Of a stretch of DNA of 64,000 nucleotides, positions 49,785 to 60,480 are shown one piece after another; the first letter of the stretch is position 1; every line of letters starts with the position of its first letter. The notes below the pieces were generated by a model. It saw only the letters and a list, made by a program, of their open reading frames with translations, searched no databases and had not been told where the DNA came from. The DNA is taken from contig CAWGYA010000008.1 in NCBI GenBank assembly GCA_963826715.1, positions 768,001 to 832,000 on the forward strand, written 5' to 3'. Both the position numbers and the translations under genes were made by a program. Source of the stretch: Candidatus Bathyarchaeota archaeon. GTDB taxonomy: Archaea > Thermoproteota > Bathyarchaeia > Bathyarchaeales > Bathycorpusculaceae.

Positions 49785-49990
49785 TCAAGTCTTTTTTACC
49801 AACGAATAGGTTGTGCTTGATTATAACTTTTCTATTTTCAAATATTAATTAACTATCCAGATTGAACACTATAGGGAAAACTCGTTATTTTTTTAAATTC
49901 TTAGCGTCCTGTCAAAGGTGACTTTATGATTCAGTTTATTTCGTGTTTAAGTGAAATAAAGTAAATGCTTGCTTTTGAAATTTGTTAAGT

Positions 49991-50380
49991 TTAGGTTTTT
50001 GTTTTTTTCTGCTTTTTTTCTAGCGCATCTAGTCTTTTGGAGACTGTTTCAAAGTTATTTTGAATTATGCTCTCTAATTTGTCGAATCGGCTATTTAGAT
50101 CCTCTTGGTTGAGCTGTGTATTAGCGGCTTTTTTGTTTCTTCCAAAAAATAAACCGATGCCGCCCACAATAAACAAAACAACTGAGAGTATTATCCATGG
50201 TGTCATTGCAGAAAAGAATGATGCAAGAAAATCATCGGCTGATCCTGATGATCCAATAAGCATTGCAGTTGAAGGATTAATCATGTCAGTTAAACCATTG
50301 ACGAAGACAACAAATATGACAAGCGTTGCTAAACAACAAAAAAAGTATCCTGCGATCGTCAAAACTTTCATAAAATGCAT
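49991..50380 (-). CDS. Small membrane protein (two TM helices plus C-terminal coiled coil)
   Basis: Two hydrophobic segments; RFDKLESII...RLDALEK heptads. Confidence 0.65.
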   Translation of the reverse strand: MHFMKVLTIAGYFFCCLATLVIFVVFVNGLTDMINPSTAMLIGSSGSADDFLASFFSAMTPWIILSVVLFIVGGIGLFFGRNKKAANTQLNQEDLNSRFDKLESIIQNNFETVSKRLDALEKKQKKTKT

Positions 50381-50488
50381 TATATATTCAATTTCTTTTA
50401 AGACTTCCCTAATAAATCTTCAAACAACAATTAGCTGTTTTTAGTCAAAAATTACTGGAAATTGAAAAAAAGAATTTTGTATAGAAAA

Positions 50489-52648
50489 TTAGTATTTGTT
50501 ATTTAGTTGTTGTTTTAGTTCTTGTAGCTTTCTAGTTTTCGCCAAGTTACTTCGTCTAACTAAGAACAATATGATGCCCAAAACAATTACAATGGCTACT
50601 GCAAGTGAAACTGCAACAATTAATATCATGCCTGTGTTTGTTTGTGTCTCGGCTGATAGTAGAGTTATTGATAGTGATAGTGGCTGTCCAGTATAGTCTA
50701 TTGTTGCGTTCATTGATGGATAACCCACTTTGTTGACATTAAAGGTGTACGATCCTAATGTGGCGTTTTCAAAGGTTACATATCCTGTTGCATTCGTAAT
50801 TTCCACCAAAGTGCCCACTCCATCTGGTTGGCTTATTGATGAGACTACTGTATCGTTTAATGGGATTTCATTGATGTCTTTGATGCAAAATTGTATTCTT
50901 CCTGTAGTATTGCTTGTTTGATTACTATTTGTGGTTTGAGTTGGTGTAGTGGTGGGGCTTGGAGTCGGTGTCGCTGTTGGACTAATGGTTGGTGATACCG
51001 TTATTTGTAATGTATCTTGGTAGCTTAGGTATCCTATTTTTGAGACATATACCGTAATTGTACAAGTTGTTGTTTGAGCGAAGTTTGGAGCTGTGAAGGT
51101 TGTATTGTAGTGACCGTTTGCTTGATCAACTTTTGAGCTAAATGAACCTCCGTTATTTGATGAGAATGTGACTGTTGCATCAGGGGCTGCTGATCCCGCG
51201 GCACTTACGTAGGCTGTTAATGCTACATCTTTGCCGCTATCTACCGTTTGGGGGGTCCCTGTTAGTGCTACTTGTAAGGATAAATAATCGATTAGATAGG
51301 TTGTAATTTTTGTTTGTCCAGTGGAGTAATCTGATGCTTGGGCTGTGATGTATGTTTCACCTGGGTTGTTTGTAACGGCAAAGTTTCCGGTTGCTTGTGT
51401 TTTGCCAAATGGAATTGTTAAAGTTGAGCTAATGGTTCCAACTGTTGGTTGTGACGAGAATAAATTAACATTAACCGCTGCCTGCGGATCTTTTGCAGGG
51501 CGTCCTTGCGCATCTTGTAGTTGTACATGGATTGCTTGATATTCTACGTTATCTGCTGGCAACTTTGCAGGAACACAGTAGACAGCTAGTTTTGAGGGTA
51601 CAAAACCTGTTGTTGTTATAGTTTGTTGGTCCGCTATAAGGTCAGTTCCAACTGCTGTAATTGTTGTGCTTCCTGCCTTGAATGTTGTATTGAATGTCGC
51701 TATCCCAAAAGATTGTGCTTGAGGTATTGTTATTGAGGCTATTTTGCCTATGCTTTGATCATTTGTCGCTACCGTTATACTGGTGGGTACCTGGGCTAAT
51801 GCGCAGTAACCCGAAGCGTTTTGTAATTCGACTGCTATTTGTCGATAAGATTTTTGATCAGCGAGAACTTGGGGAGAGCCAACGAATATTTTGAGGTGAT
51901 TTGGATTTGTTGCCACCGGTGTTGTGGTTATTGTAACTTGTTTAGATGAATATCCTTGGGAAACCGCTGTAATAACTGCTGATTTAGTCGTACCTGCTGT
52001 TTCAGCAAAAGTGGTTGTGGTAAAATTTGCCAAAGCAAAAGTTTCCCCTTCAAGGATTAATACTGTTTGGCTGACTGTTCCCACACTTGTGTCTGAGCAG
52101 GATAGAGATACTTCTACTCCATCTTGAGGAGCTCGGGCAGGTGAACCAGATGAATCTTGAAGTTGGACCAAAATAGCTTCGTGTAAGTTTCCATCAGCTG
52201 GGAGAGTGGATGGAAAACCATATACTGCGATTGATACTGGAATAGGGCCAATTGTAGTGATGGATGTTTGAACAGTTGCGTATCCAGTCGCGGATGCGGA
52301 TATCGTGGTGGTTCCTGGGCTGAAGGTGGAGTTGAAGTTCGCTGATGCAAATGTTTCTTCTTTGGGAATAACGACTGATGAATCAACTGTACCAATATTT
52401 GTTAATGAAGATGACAGGCTTATCGTTGTTTCCTGTAGGGCTCGGGCAGGGTTACCGTTTGAATCCTGTAGTTGTACAAAAATGCAGTTGTAGGTGTTGT
52501 TATCTGCAAGAACACTAAGTGGACCGGTTGAAATGCTGAGTTTAGAAGCAGTTCCGGTTGTGGCGGAAGTTGAATTTTGATTTAAAGCTGAAAAAGCTCC
52601 TGCCAAAATAAGTGTGACTAAAATGGTTACTAATAATTTCTTAGACAT
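50489..52648 (-). CDS. Membrane-anchored adhesin-like protein with tandem invasin/Big-1-like Ig repeats
   Basis: Signal peptide; four repeats of L-AD...I-VQLQD--G-PA; PT linker; C-terminal TM plus basic tail. Confidence 0.78.
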   Translation of the reverse strand: MSKKLLVTILVTLILAGAFSALNQNSTSATTGTASKLSISTGPLSVLADNNTYNCIFVQLQDSNGNPARALQETTISLSSSLTNIGTVDSSVVIPKEETFASANFNSTFSPGTTTISASATGYATVQTSITTIGPIPVSIAVYGFPSTLPADGNLHEAILVQLQDSSGSPARAPQDGVEVSLSCSDTSVGTVSQTVLILEGETFALANFTTTTFAETAGTTKSAVITAVSQGYSSKQVTITTTPVATNPNHLKIFVGSPQVLADQKSYRQIAVELQNASGYCALAQVPTSITVATNDQSIGKIASITIPQAQSFGIATFNTTFKAGSTTITAVGTDLIADQQTITTTGFVPSKLAVYCVPAKLPADNVEYQAIHVQLQDAQGRPAKDPQAAVNVNLFSSQPTVGTISSTLTIPFGKTQATGNFAVTNNPGETYITAQASDYSTGQTKITTYLIDYLSLQVALTGTPQTVDSGKDVALTAYVSAAGSAAPDATVTFSSNNGGSFSSKVDQANGHYNTTFTAPNFAQTTTCTITVYVSKIGYLSYQDTLQITVSPTISPTATPTPSPTTTPTQTTNSNQTSNTTGRIQFCIKDINEIPLNDTVVSSISQPDGVGTLVEITNATGYVTFENATLGSYTFNVNKVGYPSMNATIDYTGQPLSLSITLLSAETQTNTGMILIVAVSLAVAIVIVLGIILFLVRRSNLAKTRKLQELKQQLNNKY

Positions 52649-52649
52649 T

Positions 52650-53006
52650 TTATTGCCTCATTTTCAATTCTTGTTTTTCTATTTCAGAAATTGCTGAATG
52701 ATGGTTATTTTGACATAACGCACAAGTTATGTTAGATACTTCGAGATGATAGTGCTGCTTGGATTGGTTACATCCCTCAACTCGGCATTCGCTTATTAGT
52801 GGGAGTCTATTTTTTTCTCGTTTTCTTAGCGAAAAGTAGGAGCATTGACCATTTTTGGAAAATTCGCAATTTTCCCTCTTCATTTCGCCAAAGAATGTTA
52901 CGTTTGAGAGGATCTCGATAAGAGTAAGTATTTCTTGTTTTCTTTGTTCTTCAATTTTGTCAAATCTTTCGTTTAGCTCATCTATCTGCCTATCCATACG
53001 TAACAT
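52650..53006 (-). CDS. Small protein with N-terminal coiled coil and Cys/His cluster
   Basis: C-x7-C...C-x4-C...HYH...CALC; abuts the downstream adhesin gene. Confidence 0.65.
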   Translation of the reverse strand: MLRMDRQIDELNERFDKIEEQRKQEILTLIEILSNVTFFGEMKRENCEFSKNGQCSYFSLRKREKNRLPLISECRVEGCNQSKQHYHLEVSNITCALCQNNHHSAISEIEKQELKMRQ

Positions 53007-53055
53007 CCAAGGGTTAATTATGGAAGTTTGCTTATATAGTAAGAAAAAAGAAGAG

Positions 53056-53856
53056 TTAACAAATAGCGCAGTTGAGTGCAGTGGCGGCTTTTTGATATTT
53101 TAGAGTCGGCGGTACTATAACGGCTACCAATCTTCTAACCCTAACTTCATTTGTATAAACTGTTCTTGGGGAAATATGAAATGCATCGCCAATTTTTTCT
53201 TTGGTGATTTTGCTTTTTCTTTTTTTGCACGCATTATAGAAGACTCCAGCAGCAAGCCCGATAGGGTTTCCTCCCGCTCTTCTTACCTGAATAAGTGTGC
53301 TCTCTGCCTGTAAAATCAAGTCTTTGTCTTCAGTTATTTTGCCTGCATATTCATGCAAGTAGTCAATGGTTGTTTTACGTGGAATTTTGATAGGAGCTTT
53401 TCTGGAGTTTAGTGCTTTGCTTAATAGCCAAGTTTGTTTCATTACTGATTTGTTGTCTAGGCTGAGTTCTCTGCTAATGTCTTTAATGGGTCTCATTTTA
53501 TCGTATTCTTTTAGCACTAAATGCATCAGGGCTGCGACGGTTGCTCTTTTATTTTTTGAAAGTTTTTGAGAACTTGATAATAGCTGATTTTGTTTTCTTA
53601 TTGTCCGAGCTGCTTCTTCTCGGTATGGAAAATTTGGAATGTTTAATTGGCAAGAAACGGACCTTAGTGTAGTTAGCCATTCCTTCATAGTTTCAGAATC
53701 TTGTTGGCTATAATTCGAATACCACTCAGGGGTCCATTGACTGAAACTTTTGACGATGGGAGTGTGATCTATGACTAATCCACATTGACTGCATATTTTT
53801 TCTCCCTCTAAACCTTCGGGATAAACAACTGCACTGCCGCATTTCTTGCAATCCAT
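53056..53856 (-). CDS. tfb: Divergent transcription initiation factor TFB paralogue
   Basis: CKKCG...CSQCGLV zinc ribbon, PEW, two cyclin-like repeats (ATVAAL-L; GGNPIGLAAG-Y), C-terminal HTH. Confidence 0.8.
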   Translation of the reverse strand: MDCKKCGSAVVYPEGLEGEKICSQCGLVIDHTPIVKSFSQWTPEWYSNYSQQDSETMKEWLTTLRSVSCQLNIPNFPYREEAARTIRKQNQLLSSSQKLSKNKRATVAALMHLVLKEYDKMRPIKDISRELSLDNKSVMKQTWLLSKALNSRKAPIKIPRKTTIDYLHEYAGKITEDKDLILQAESTLIQVRRAGGNPIGLAAGVFYNACKKRKSKITKEKIGDAFHISPRTVYTNEVRVRRLVAVIVPPTLKYQKAATALNCAIC

Positions 53857-54110
53857 ACTTTATGATCTCCAGATACGATAGTAGCGATTACTTAGCTGGA
53901 GTCGAGTATAGACTTATAAGAATTGAGTACTGAGAATTCATAAATTCGCTTAAATTTGCTGATAATTTATTGCTAATTGATACTTTTTATATGTTATTTA
54001 TTTCATAATTTTAAATTTTGCCGCATCTAAAACTTATCGATTTGAGGCTTTTTCAATTTTGCTCCATTAATTTTTGCCAGAGAATTTTGAATATTGAACA
54101 CTACTTTACA

Positions 54111-54166
54111 CCCTTTATAAGGGAGCCACTAAAAGAAATATCAAACCAAAGTTTCACGCGGAGGTG
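54111..54166 (+). promoter_or_regulatory. Putative pilin promoter and RBS
   Basis: TTTATAA inside the inverted repeat CCCTT-TAT-AAGGG (54111-54123); GGAGGTG at 54160-54166. Confidence 0.5.
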
Positions 54167-54177
54167 TAAAACAAAAA

Positions 54178-54639
54178 ATGATGAACAAAAAAATATTCAA
54201 TAACAAAAAAGCAATTTCACCAATTTTCGCAACCCTAATACTCATCGCTATTGCAGTAATTGCAGGTGTAGTAGTTTATACATTTACTTCTGGAACGCTT
54301 TCAACTATGACCGGAGGCGGAACTGCTGGACAAGAGAAAATTTCAGTACAAAGTGCATCCGTTGATAGTGATACTGGAAAGGTTCTTAGTGTGATTCTTC
54401 AGCAAACTGGCGGTCCAAATGCAACTATTAACGGTATGATAGTTAAAGACGGTTCTGGAAACACAGTTGCTTCTGACACAGCACTTAACGTACCTCTGGA
54501 TGTCGGTACTTTGACAACTATTGAGGGTACAAGCTCTGTTGCACTAACCGCAGGGAAAACCTATACAGTTACAGTGACTACAGCAGCTGGCGGCACTTTC
54601 CTATCACCATCCTTCAATAGCGCATATACCCCAACTTAA
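54178..54639 (+). CDS. Archaeal type IV pilin (probable major pilin)
   Basis: Class III signal peptide KKA/ISPIFATLILIAIAV; own RBS and downstream terminator. Confidence 0.9.
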   Translation: MMNKKIFNNKKAISPIFATLILIAIAVIAGVVVYTFTSGTLSTMTGGGTAGQEKISVQSASVDSDTGKVLSVILQQTGGPNATINGMIVKDGSGNTVASDTALNVPLDVGTLTTIEGTSSVALTAGKTYTVTVTTAAGGTFLSPSFNSAYTPT

Positions 54640-54680
54640 TGGAGCTAAAAATCTCCATAATTATTTTTTTCCTATTTTCT
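54639..54680 (+). terminator. Hairpin plus T-tract after the major pilin
   Basis: ATGGAG-n8-CTCCAT stem (54639-54658) followed by TTATTTTTTT. Confidence 0.55.
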
Positions 54681-54899
54681 GTAAGTAGTCAAATTTTTAG
54701 AATAATCATCTACTTAAAATATTAATTATTCAATGTTTTCTGTTCACCGATCTTCGTCATTTTTATCGCTCTCCAAAAATTTCGGTTTTGCTAAAATACA
54801 TAGTTTATTAATTAACTCCTGAAATGAATAGCTGGAAAGCTAAAAGTGAATGGTACATAGATTGCAGATGGCCAAGAAACTGCTTAGCTAAAATGTTAG

Positions 54900-55406
54900 G
54901 TGCACCAAATGAGAAAAATTAGTAGCTGGTCGCATGATAAATGTGCGCTTAGTCCAATATTTGCAACTGTTTTGCTAGCTGTGATCATTATTAGCCTTGG
55001 TTCTGTGACTTTTTATTTTTCTAATAATTTGACTACGACTGCTACAAATGAATTTGTTGACATTACATCTAATAGTAAGCAATCTGTCTCGGAGCGAATT
55101 GCTTTTGAAAATGTTGTGTACACAACTGCCAATTCAACTTTGAATGTTTACATTCTTAATTGTGGAAGTGCAAGCAATCTGCGGTTAAATACGCTTTTTG
55201 TTTATGATGCAAATCGTCAACTTGTGGATTATGGTATTATCTCAAATTTCTATGACATGAATAATCAGGAAGTTCCAAAAACTCTCAATATTGGGCAAGA
55301 GGGATATTTTAGCTTCCCGTTAACGTCGGGTTTGCCCTTTGGCTCATATACAATTCATCTAATAACCGAAAGTGGAAGTACATTTGATTATGATTTCACC
55401 CCATAA
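54900..55406 (+). CDS. Minor type IV pilin-like protein
   Basis: DKCA/LSPIFATVLLAVIII class III-like signal, ERIAFE-V, YILNCG, ITESG; alternative ATG at 54909. Confidence 0.8.
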   Translation: MHQMRKISSWSHDKCALSPIFATVLLAVIIISLGSVTFYFSNNLTTTATNEFVDITSNSKQSVSERIAFENVVYTTANSTLNVYILNCGSASNLRLNTLFVYDANRQLVDYGIISNFYDMNNQEVPKTLNIGQEGYFSFPLTSGLPFGSYTIHLITESGSTFDYDFTP

Positions 55407-57778
55407 TTTCAGACGAAATAGAAAAGGCGTTGGCACAATATTTGCCATGGTGTTTTTCCTAATAATAGTCATGATTGTTTTCGGCAGCTTTGTGGTTATT
55501 CTTAACCAAAATACCGGTCTGCAACAAACAATAACGCAGGCAAACCAAATGGATAGTGACAAAGCAAAGGAAGAACTAACTATAACTGGTCAAGCAACTT
55601 ATGTGAGTGAAAATACAGTTGATGTTACATGTAACCTTGATAATACTGGTAGACTCCCAGTGCAAGTTGTGCGTTTATGGGTTAAAGATCTTGCAAATGG
55701 TAACACTGGTACTTTGTCGTTTTCAAATCCTAACTCCGAAATCATAATACCGCAAGGTGAAAATCATGCCGGGAGCTTTTCCGTTACAGTCTCAGAGGCT
55801 ACATCGGATGATACATTCATATTTTGGTTTATTACAGCACGAGGTAACCAGTTTACTCTTCAAGATTACGGAGACGCATTTGACATAACAAATCAAGTCA
55901 CAGAAATAACTGCAAGTATAATGGGTGATTTTCTTCCTGATTACCATTCGGTTCAATGGGGCGAATGCCTGCAAGTAGGTAGCAATTATGAAGTGAGTCA
56001 CTGGACTTCAGGATGGACAATTCCTCAAGATGAAGACTTCAATATGGTTTGGAGAGTAAATTGTTCATACAAAGGAAGTACTCCTCTTACATTAGATCAG
56101 AATTCAATGTTGTTTTTTATACCTTCAATGGCTAGAAATCCAGGTGAACATGCTCTAAATCCGTTTATGTGCTACATAGTTGAAAGTACGACTGTAGGCG
56201 GGGTTTCTCAAATTGCTCCCTATCCTGGACATGAATTAACCATTCTGCCAAAAACGAATGTAACCCTTTATTTTGGAACTCAAGTTGCAGGCTATGGGTC
56301 TGACGATGATTATGGATTCAGTAATCTTATTTTTGGAGATATGGACGCTTCGATGATGAGTTTAACTATATACGGAAAATCACCTAGTGCCTATGCTCAA
56401 TCATTTCCATTATTTGCGGTAATACCTCGTTTATTGAGGATAACATTAGATTCATATGATGATACTATTGGATCGACTGTATCTGTCACAGGAGTTGGCT
56501 TTGCAAGGAACTCAATAATTACTCTAAAATATGATTCAAATACCTTATCAACTTCGCCCTCGTCGATAACTTCTGAGTAATCAAGGAGATTTCTCAGCAT
56601 CTTTCATAGTTCCCCCATCAACTGCAGGTGCCCATATAGTGAGTGCAATCGATTCGACATCTGAAACGGCCCAAGCCTCATTCACTGTTGTACCAGCAAT
56701 ATCTGCAAATCCCCAAAGTGGACCAAAATATACACTAATAGCCTTATCTGGAACAGGATTTGCAGCTTCATCGCAAATAACTATCACTTTCGGTGGTTAC
56801 TCTATTTCAAACCAACCGATTACAGATTCAACTGGTTCATTCTCTGGGACATTCAATGTTCCAAGCTCGACACTTGTAGGTAACAATAGCATTATAGCAA
56901 CCGATTCAATTGGAAATTCAGATTCAACCTTTTTTGTAGTTGTACTTCCAACTATCAGCCTTACTCCTGGTGGTGGACCAGCCGGAACATCTGTTACTAT
57001 CTCAGGATCTAACTTTGTACCAAACTCGGTAACAACAATACGGTTCAATGGAGCCACAGTAGCAACACTTACCTCTACTAACACAGGTGCAATTCCATTT
57101 GGGACAACTTTCACAATACCGTCTTTGCCGACAGGTAGCTACATTGTAACTGGCACAGATTCATTTGGCAACATTGGGACAACTTATTTCAACATAAATA
57201 TAATTCAAAATCTAATCCTAAATTCAGGGTTTGAAAATAGTGGAACATGGACAGCAACTGTAGCCGAAGGCGCTATAGCTATAATTAATGACAATTCCTG
57301 GATGAACAGCGGAATTTATTCAGCAAATACCAACACGGTAGGCGTTATAAAGAATGAAAATGCATTCGCAACAATATCTCAATCTCTTTCATTAACAGAA
57401 GTCTCAAAAATAACCAATTCAGCTAACTCACTATCAGGATACTTGCATAATGCTGCCTCTGCTACAAGCGGTACTGATACAGTCGAACTAAGATTAGTGG
57501 CCAGCAACGGAAATGTCCTTTCATACTATTGGGGTATTAACGGCGCCTTTTCAGATTCGCCATCTAATAAGTACTACTATATGGGCACAGTAAGCAACAT
57601 AGGCGCATCAACATACTTTAGCGCAAACTTATACCAAGACTGGCTAGCAAAATGGTCAACAGGCGGAACAATGCAGATAAACCAAATACAACTGGTTTCA
57701 GCGGGACACAGCAATGGAAATAACGATTACGGCCAATCAATCAACTGGGACGACTTGCAACTTCTGTTTAGCCCTTGA
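55390..57778 (+). pseudogene. Large pilin-like adhesin (class III signal, IPT/TIG-like repeats, CBM-like C-terminus) split by a 1-nt insertion near 56577
   Basis: RKG/VGTIFAMVFF signal; deleting G56577 joins ORFs 55372-56580 and 56639-57778 into ...ITSDNQGDFSASFIVP..., matching the next repeat ITDSTGSFSGTFNVP. Confidence 0.8.
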
Positions 57779-57977
57779 TCGATGCTTATTCGCTTATATT
57801 TCTTATTTTTAATTGTTAGAAATAATTAATTATGGGGAGAAAATCTCTATCATTTAATACAGAATTATGTCGATCAATGAAAAATAATAAAATTGACGTA
57901 GACTTAGCTCTAATACGAATTAAGGATTTACACACTTTATATGTTCTTTGGGATAATGCAATCTTGGAGACACTTAC

Positions 57978-59591
57978 TTGAAGCTCTGGAAACTTAGAGG
58001 ACGAGCAGATCAAATACTTGAAAAAAAAGTGAAAATAGCATTTGACACTACACCTGCTCTGGGGACTAAGGCTTCTCTTCAGGCTCCAACCGAAACTGAA
58101 ATTTCAGAAACTTTCAAGGAACATTATCCCTTATTAGCTCCTTTCTCGCATGCGGCAATTGTGGAAGATGAAAAAAATGAAGTCAAATATTCCCTTTTGG
58201 AACCCACATTAACCGATTATGATAAGGAATGTTTAGAGGAAATTAAGACAATTCTATGGGACGAACTTTCTGTAAATACAAAAAGCATGAAGAAACCAAA
58301 CGAATCCCATGAATTTTTACGAGACCGAATCTTAGAAACTGCAGTAAAATACAAAATTACTGTCGATGGAAATACCCTTGGCAAATATCAATATTTTATT
58401 GCACGAGATTTTTTGGGTTTTGGAAAGATTGACGGCATCATGAGAGATGAGAATATTGAAGACGTTTCTTGTGATGGTGTTAACTCACCTGTATTTGTTT
58501 GGCATCGAAAATATGAATCCATTCCATCAAACGTGGTTTTTTCAACTCCTCAAGAGCTTGAAAACTTTGTCTTCAAACTTGCATACCTTTGTGGACGACA
58601 TATTTCCATTGCTCAGCCAATCCTAGATGGAACATTAACTGACGGTAGTAGGGCTCAAGTAACATATGGAACAGAGGTTACACCCAAAGGAAGTACCTTT
58701 ACAATCAGGAAGTTTAAGAAAAGTCCTCTTACAATTACTGACTTGATAATTTATAAGGCTCTTTCGGCAGAAATTGCGGCTTACTATTGGTTTATTATCG
58801 AAAATAGGCACTCAGTTTTGATCGGTGGAGACATTGGTGGCGGAAAAACCTCTATGCTAAACGCTGTCAGTTTATTCATCCGACCCACTCTAAAAATTGT
58901 CAGCATAGAAGACACACAAGAAATACGCTTACCACACCAAAACTGGGAAATGATGGTTACGAGACAGGGTTTAGGAACTGGAGCAGGTGCAGTGGGTGAA
59001 GCCGGCATTGGTAGTATTAGTATGTTCGACTTACTTCGTGCTGCCTTAAGACAGAGACCAGATTTTATAATTGTGGGTGAAATCAGAGGTGAGGAAGCTT
59101 ATGCTTTATTCCAAGCTATGGCTACAGGACACTTAGGATTAACAACTGTCCACGCAGAACATGTCCAAGGTGTCTTGCATAGACTTACAACTAAACCAAT
59201 GAACATCCCAAAAACCCAAGTAGAAAACTTGAATGCAATCTCAATTGTAAGGCGCCTAGTGGTAAACAACATCTCCTTGAGACGAACTATAAGTGTCTCG
59301 GAAATGCTCGGCTGGGATAAACAAAAAGATGACTTCAAAACTCAGGACATTTTCCTGTGGAATGCTGAAAAAGACATTTACGTGAAACAAAGTAGGAGTC
59401 CATTACTAGATCGAATTGCGGCACAATGGGGGTATGCTCCTGAAGAAATAGATCAAGAGCTAAAAATGAGGCAAACAATACTGGAATTCATGGTTAGAAA
59501 ACATATTCGTTCATATGAGGATGTATCTAAATTAATATTGGACTACTTCTCGAATCCTGAACTTGTCTATCGAAAAGCAAAAGTGAGCTAA
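57978..59591 (+). CDS. Type IV pilus / type II-IV secretion assembly ATPase (FlaI/TadA family)
   Basis: IEDVSCDG, TIRKF, GDIGGGKT Walker A, SIEDT-E, LRQRPD-IIVGEIRG, AMATGH, TTVHA. Confidence 0.95.
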   Translation: MKLWKLRGRADQILEKKVKIAFDTTPALGTKASLQAPTETEISETFKEHYPLLAPFSHAAIVEDEKNEVKYSLLEPTLTDYDKECLEEIKTILWDELSVNTKSMKKPNESHEFLRDRILETAVKYKITVDGNTLGKYQYFIARDFLGFGKIDGIMRDENIEDVSCDGVNSPVFVWHRKYESIPSNVVFSTPQELENFVFKLAYLCGRHISIAQPILDGTLTDGSRAQVTYGTEVTPKGSTFTIRKFKKSPLTITDLIIYKALSAEIAAYYWFIIENRHSVLIGGDIGGGKTSMLNAVSLFIRPTLKIVSIEDTQEIRLPHQNWEMMVTRQGLGTGAGAVGEAGIGSISMFDLLRAALRQRPDFIIVGEIRGEEAYALFQAMATGHLGLTTVHAEHVQGVLHRLTTKPMNIPKTQVENLNAISIVRRLVVNNISLRRTISVSEMLGWDKQKDDFKTQDIFLWNAEKDIYVKQSRSPLLDRIAAQWGYAPEEIDQELKMRQTILEFMVRKHIRSYEDVSKLILDYFSNPELVYRKAKVS

Positions 59592-59592
59592 C

Positions 59593-60474
59593 ATGAAATT
59601 TGAACCATGGACAATAGCTTACGATTTATTCAATAAAAAACTTCAGAAGGTATATCCTAAATTTCAGGAGTTACACATTCAACTAAAACAAGGCGGGGTA
59701 TTAATTGCATTTAAGGCATATATTGCTTTTATGGTTTTTTCTTCAATCATTGCCTTTGCAGTAGCTCTAACTTTATCGATTTTGTTCTTGCCACTTTTAA
59801 TGGGGATTTCTTATTTATCTGCAACTAACTTTGTTTTTAGTCTGACGATAGCAGCATCAACAGCCTTATTAACGCTAATTATAATGTATATTTATCCTAG
59901 TATAAAATCTAACAATAGAAAAGGTCCAATTGACAGAAATTTACCTTACACAGCTAACTTTTTAACTCTTCTTTCAAGTTCAAATGTTCCTCCGAGCGTT
60001 ATTTTTGAGTCAGTAGCAAAGATCAATACCCTCAAAGAAACACACTTAGAATTTGGCAACATAATAAGAGACATAGAAGTTTTTGGCAAGGACCTTATGA
60101 CCTCAATATTAGATAACGCCCGATTAACGCCTCATGATCAACTCAGAGAAATATTGTTGGGGTATGTAGCGACAGTAAGAACTGGCGGAAATCCTACAGA
60201 GTATCTTAAAATAACAACTGAACAAATTACCAAAGAAAGAATGTCTAAATTGGATATGATGCTTGAATCCCTATCTGCCATGGCAGAAATATATATTATG
60301 GTATTAGTTGCTGCTCCCCTGCTGTTCGCCGTGCTCTTTGTAACCCTTGGCATGATAGGCAGCGGTGACATTGCTGGCATGAACATGGGAACGCTCCTTT
60401 ATCTATTAACTTACATAGGCATTCCAATTATGGGCGCTGTAATGATGGTAATTATGTCATCATTCGAGAAGTGA
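59593..60474 (+). CDS. Type II secretion system F / TadC-FlaJ family membrane platform protein
   Basis: TM segments, IDRNLPY, G-DL, TP, TGG, LES-AEIY. Confidence 0.9.
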   Translation: MKFEPWTIAYDLFNKKLQKVYPKFQELHIQLKQGGVLIAFKAYIAFMVFSSIIAFAVALTLSILFLPLLMGISYLSATNFVFSLTIAASTALLTLIIMYIYPSIKSNNRKGPIDRNLPYTANFLTLLSSSNVPPSVIFESVAKINTLKETHLEFGNIIRDIEVFGKDLMTSILDNARLTPHDQLREILLGYVATVRTGGNPTEYLKITTEQITKERMSKLDMMLESLSAMAEIYIMVLVAAPLLFAVLFVTLGMIGSGDIAGMNMGTLLYLLTYIGIPIMGAVMMVIMSSFEK

Positions 60475-60480
60475 TTAACG

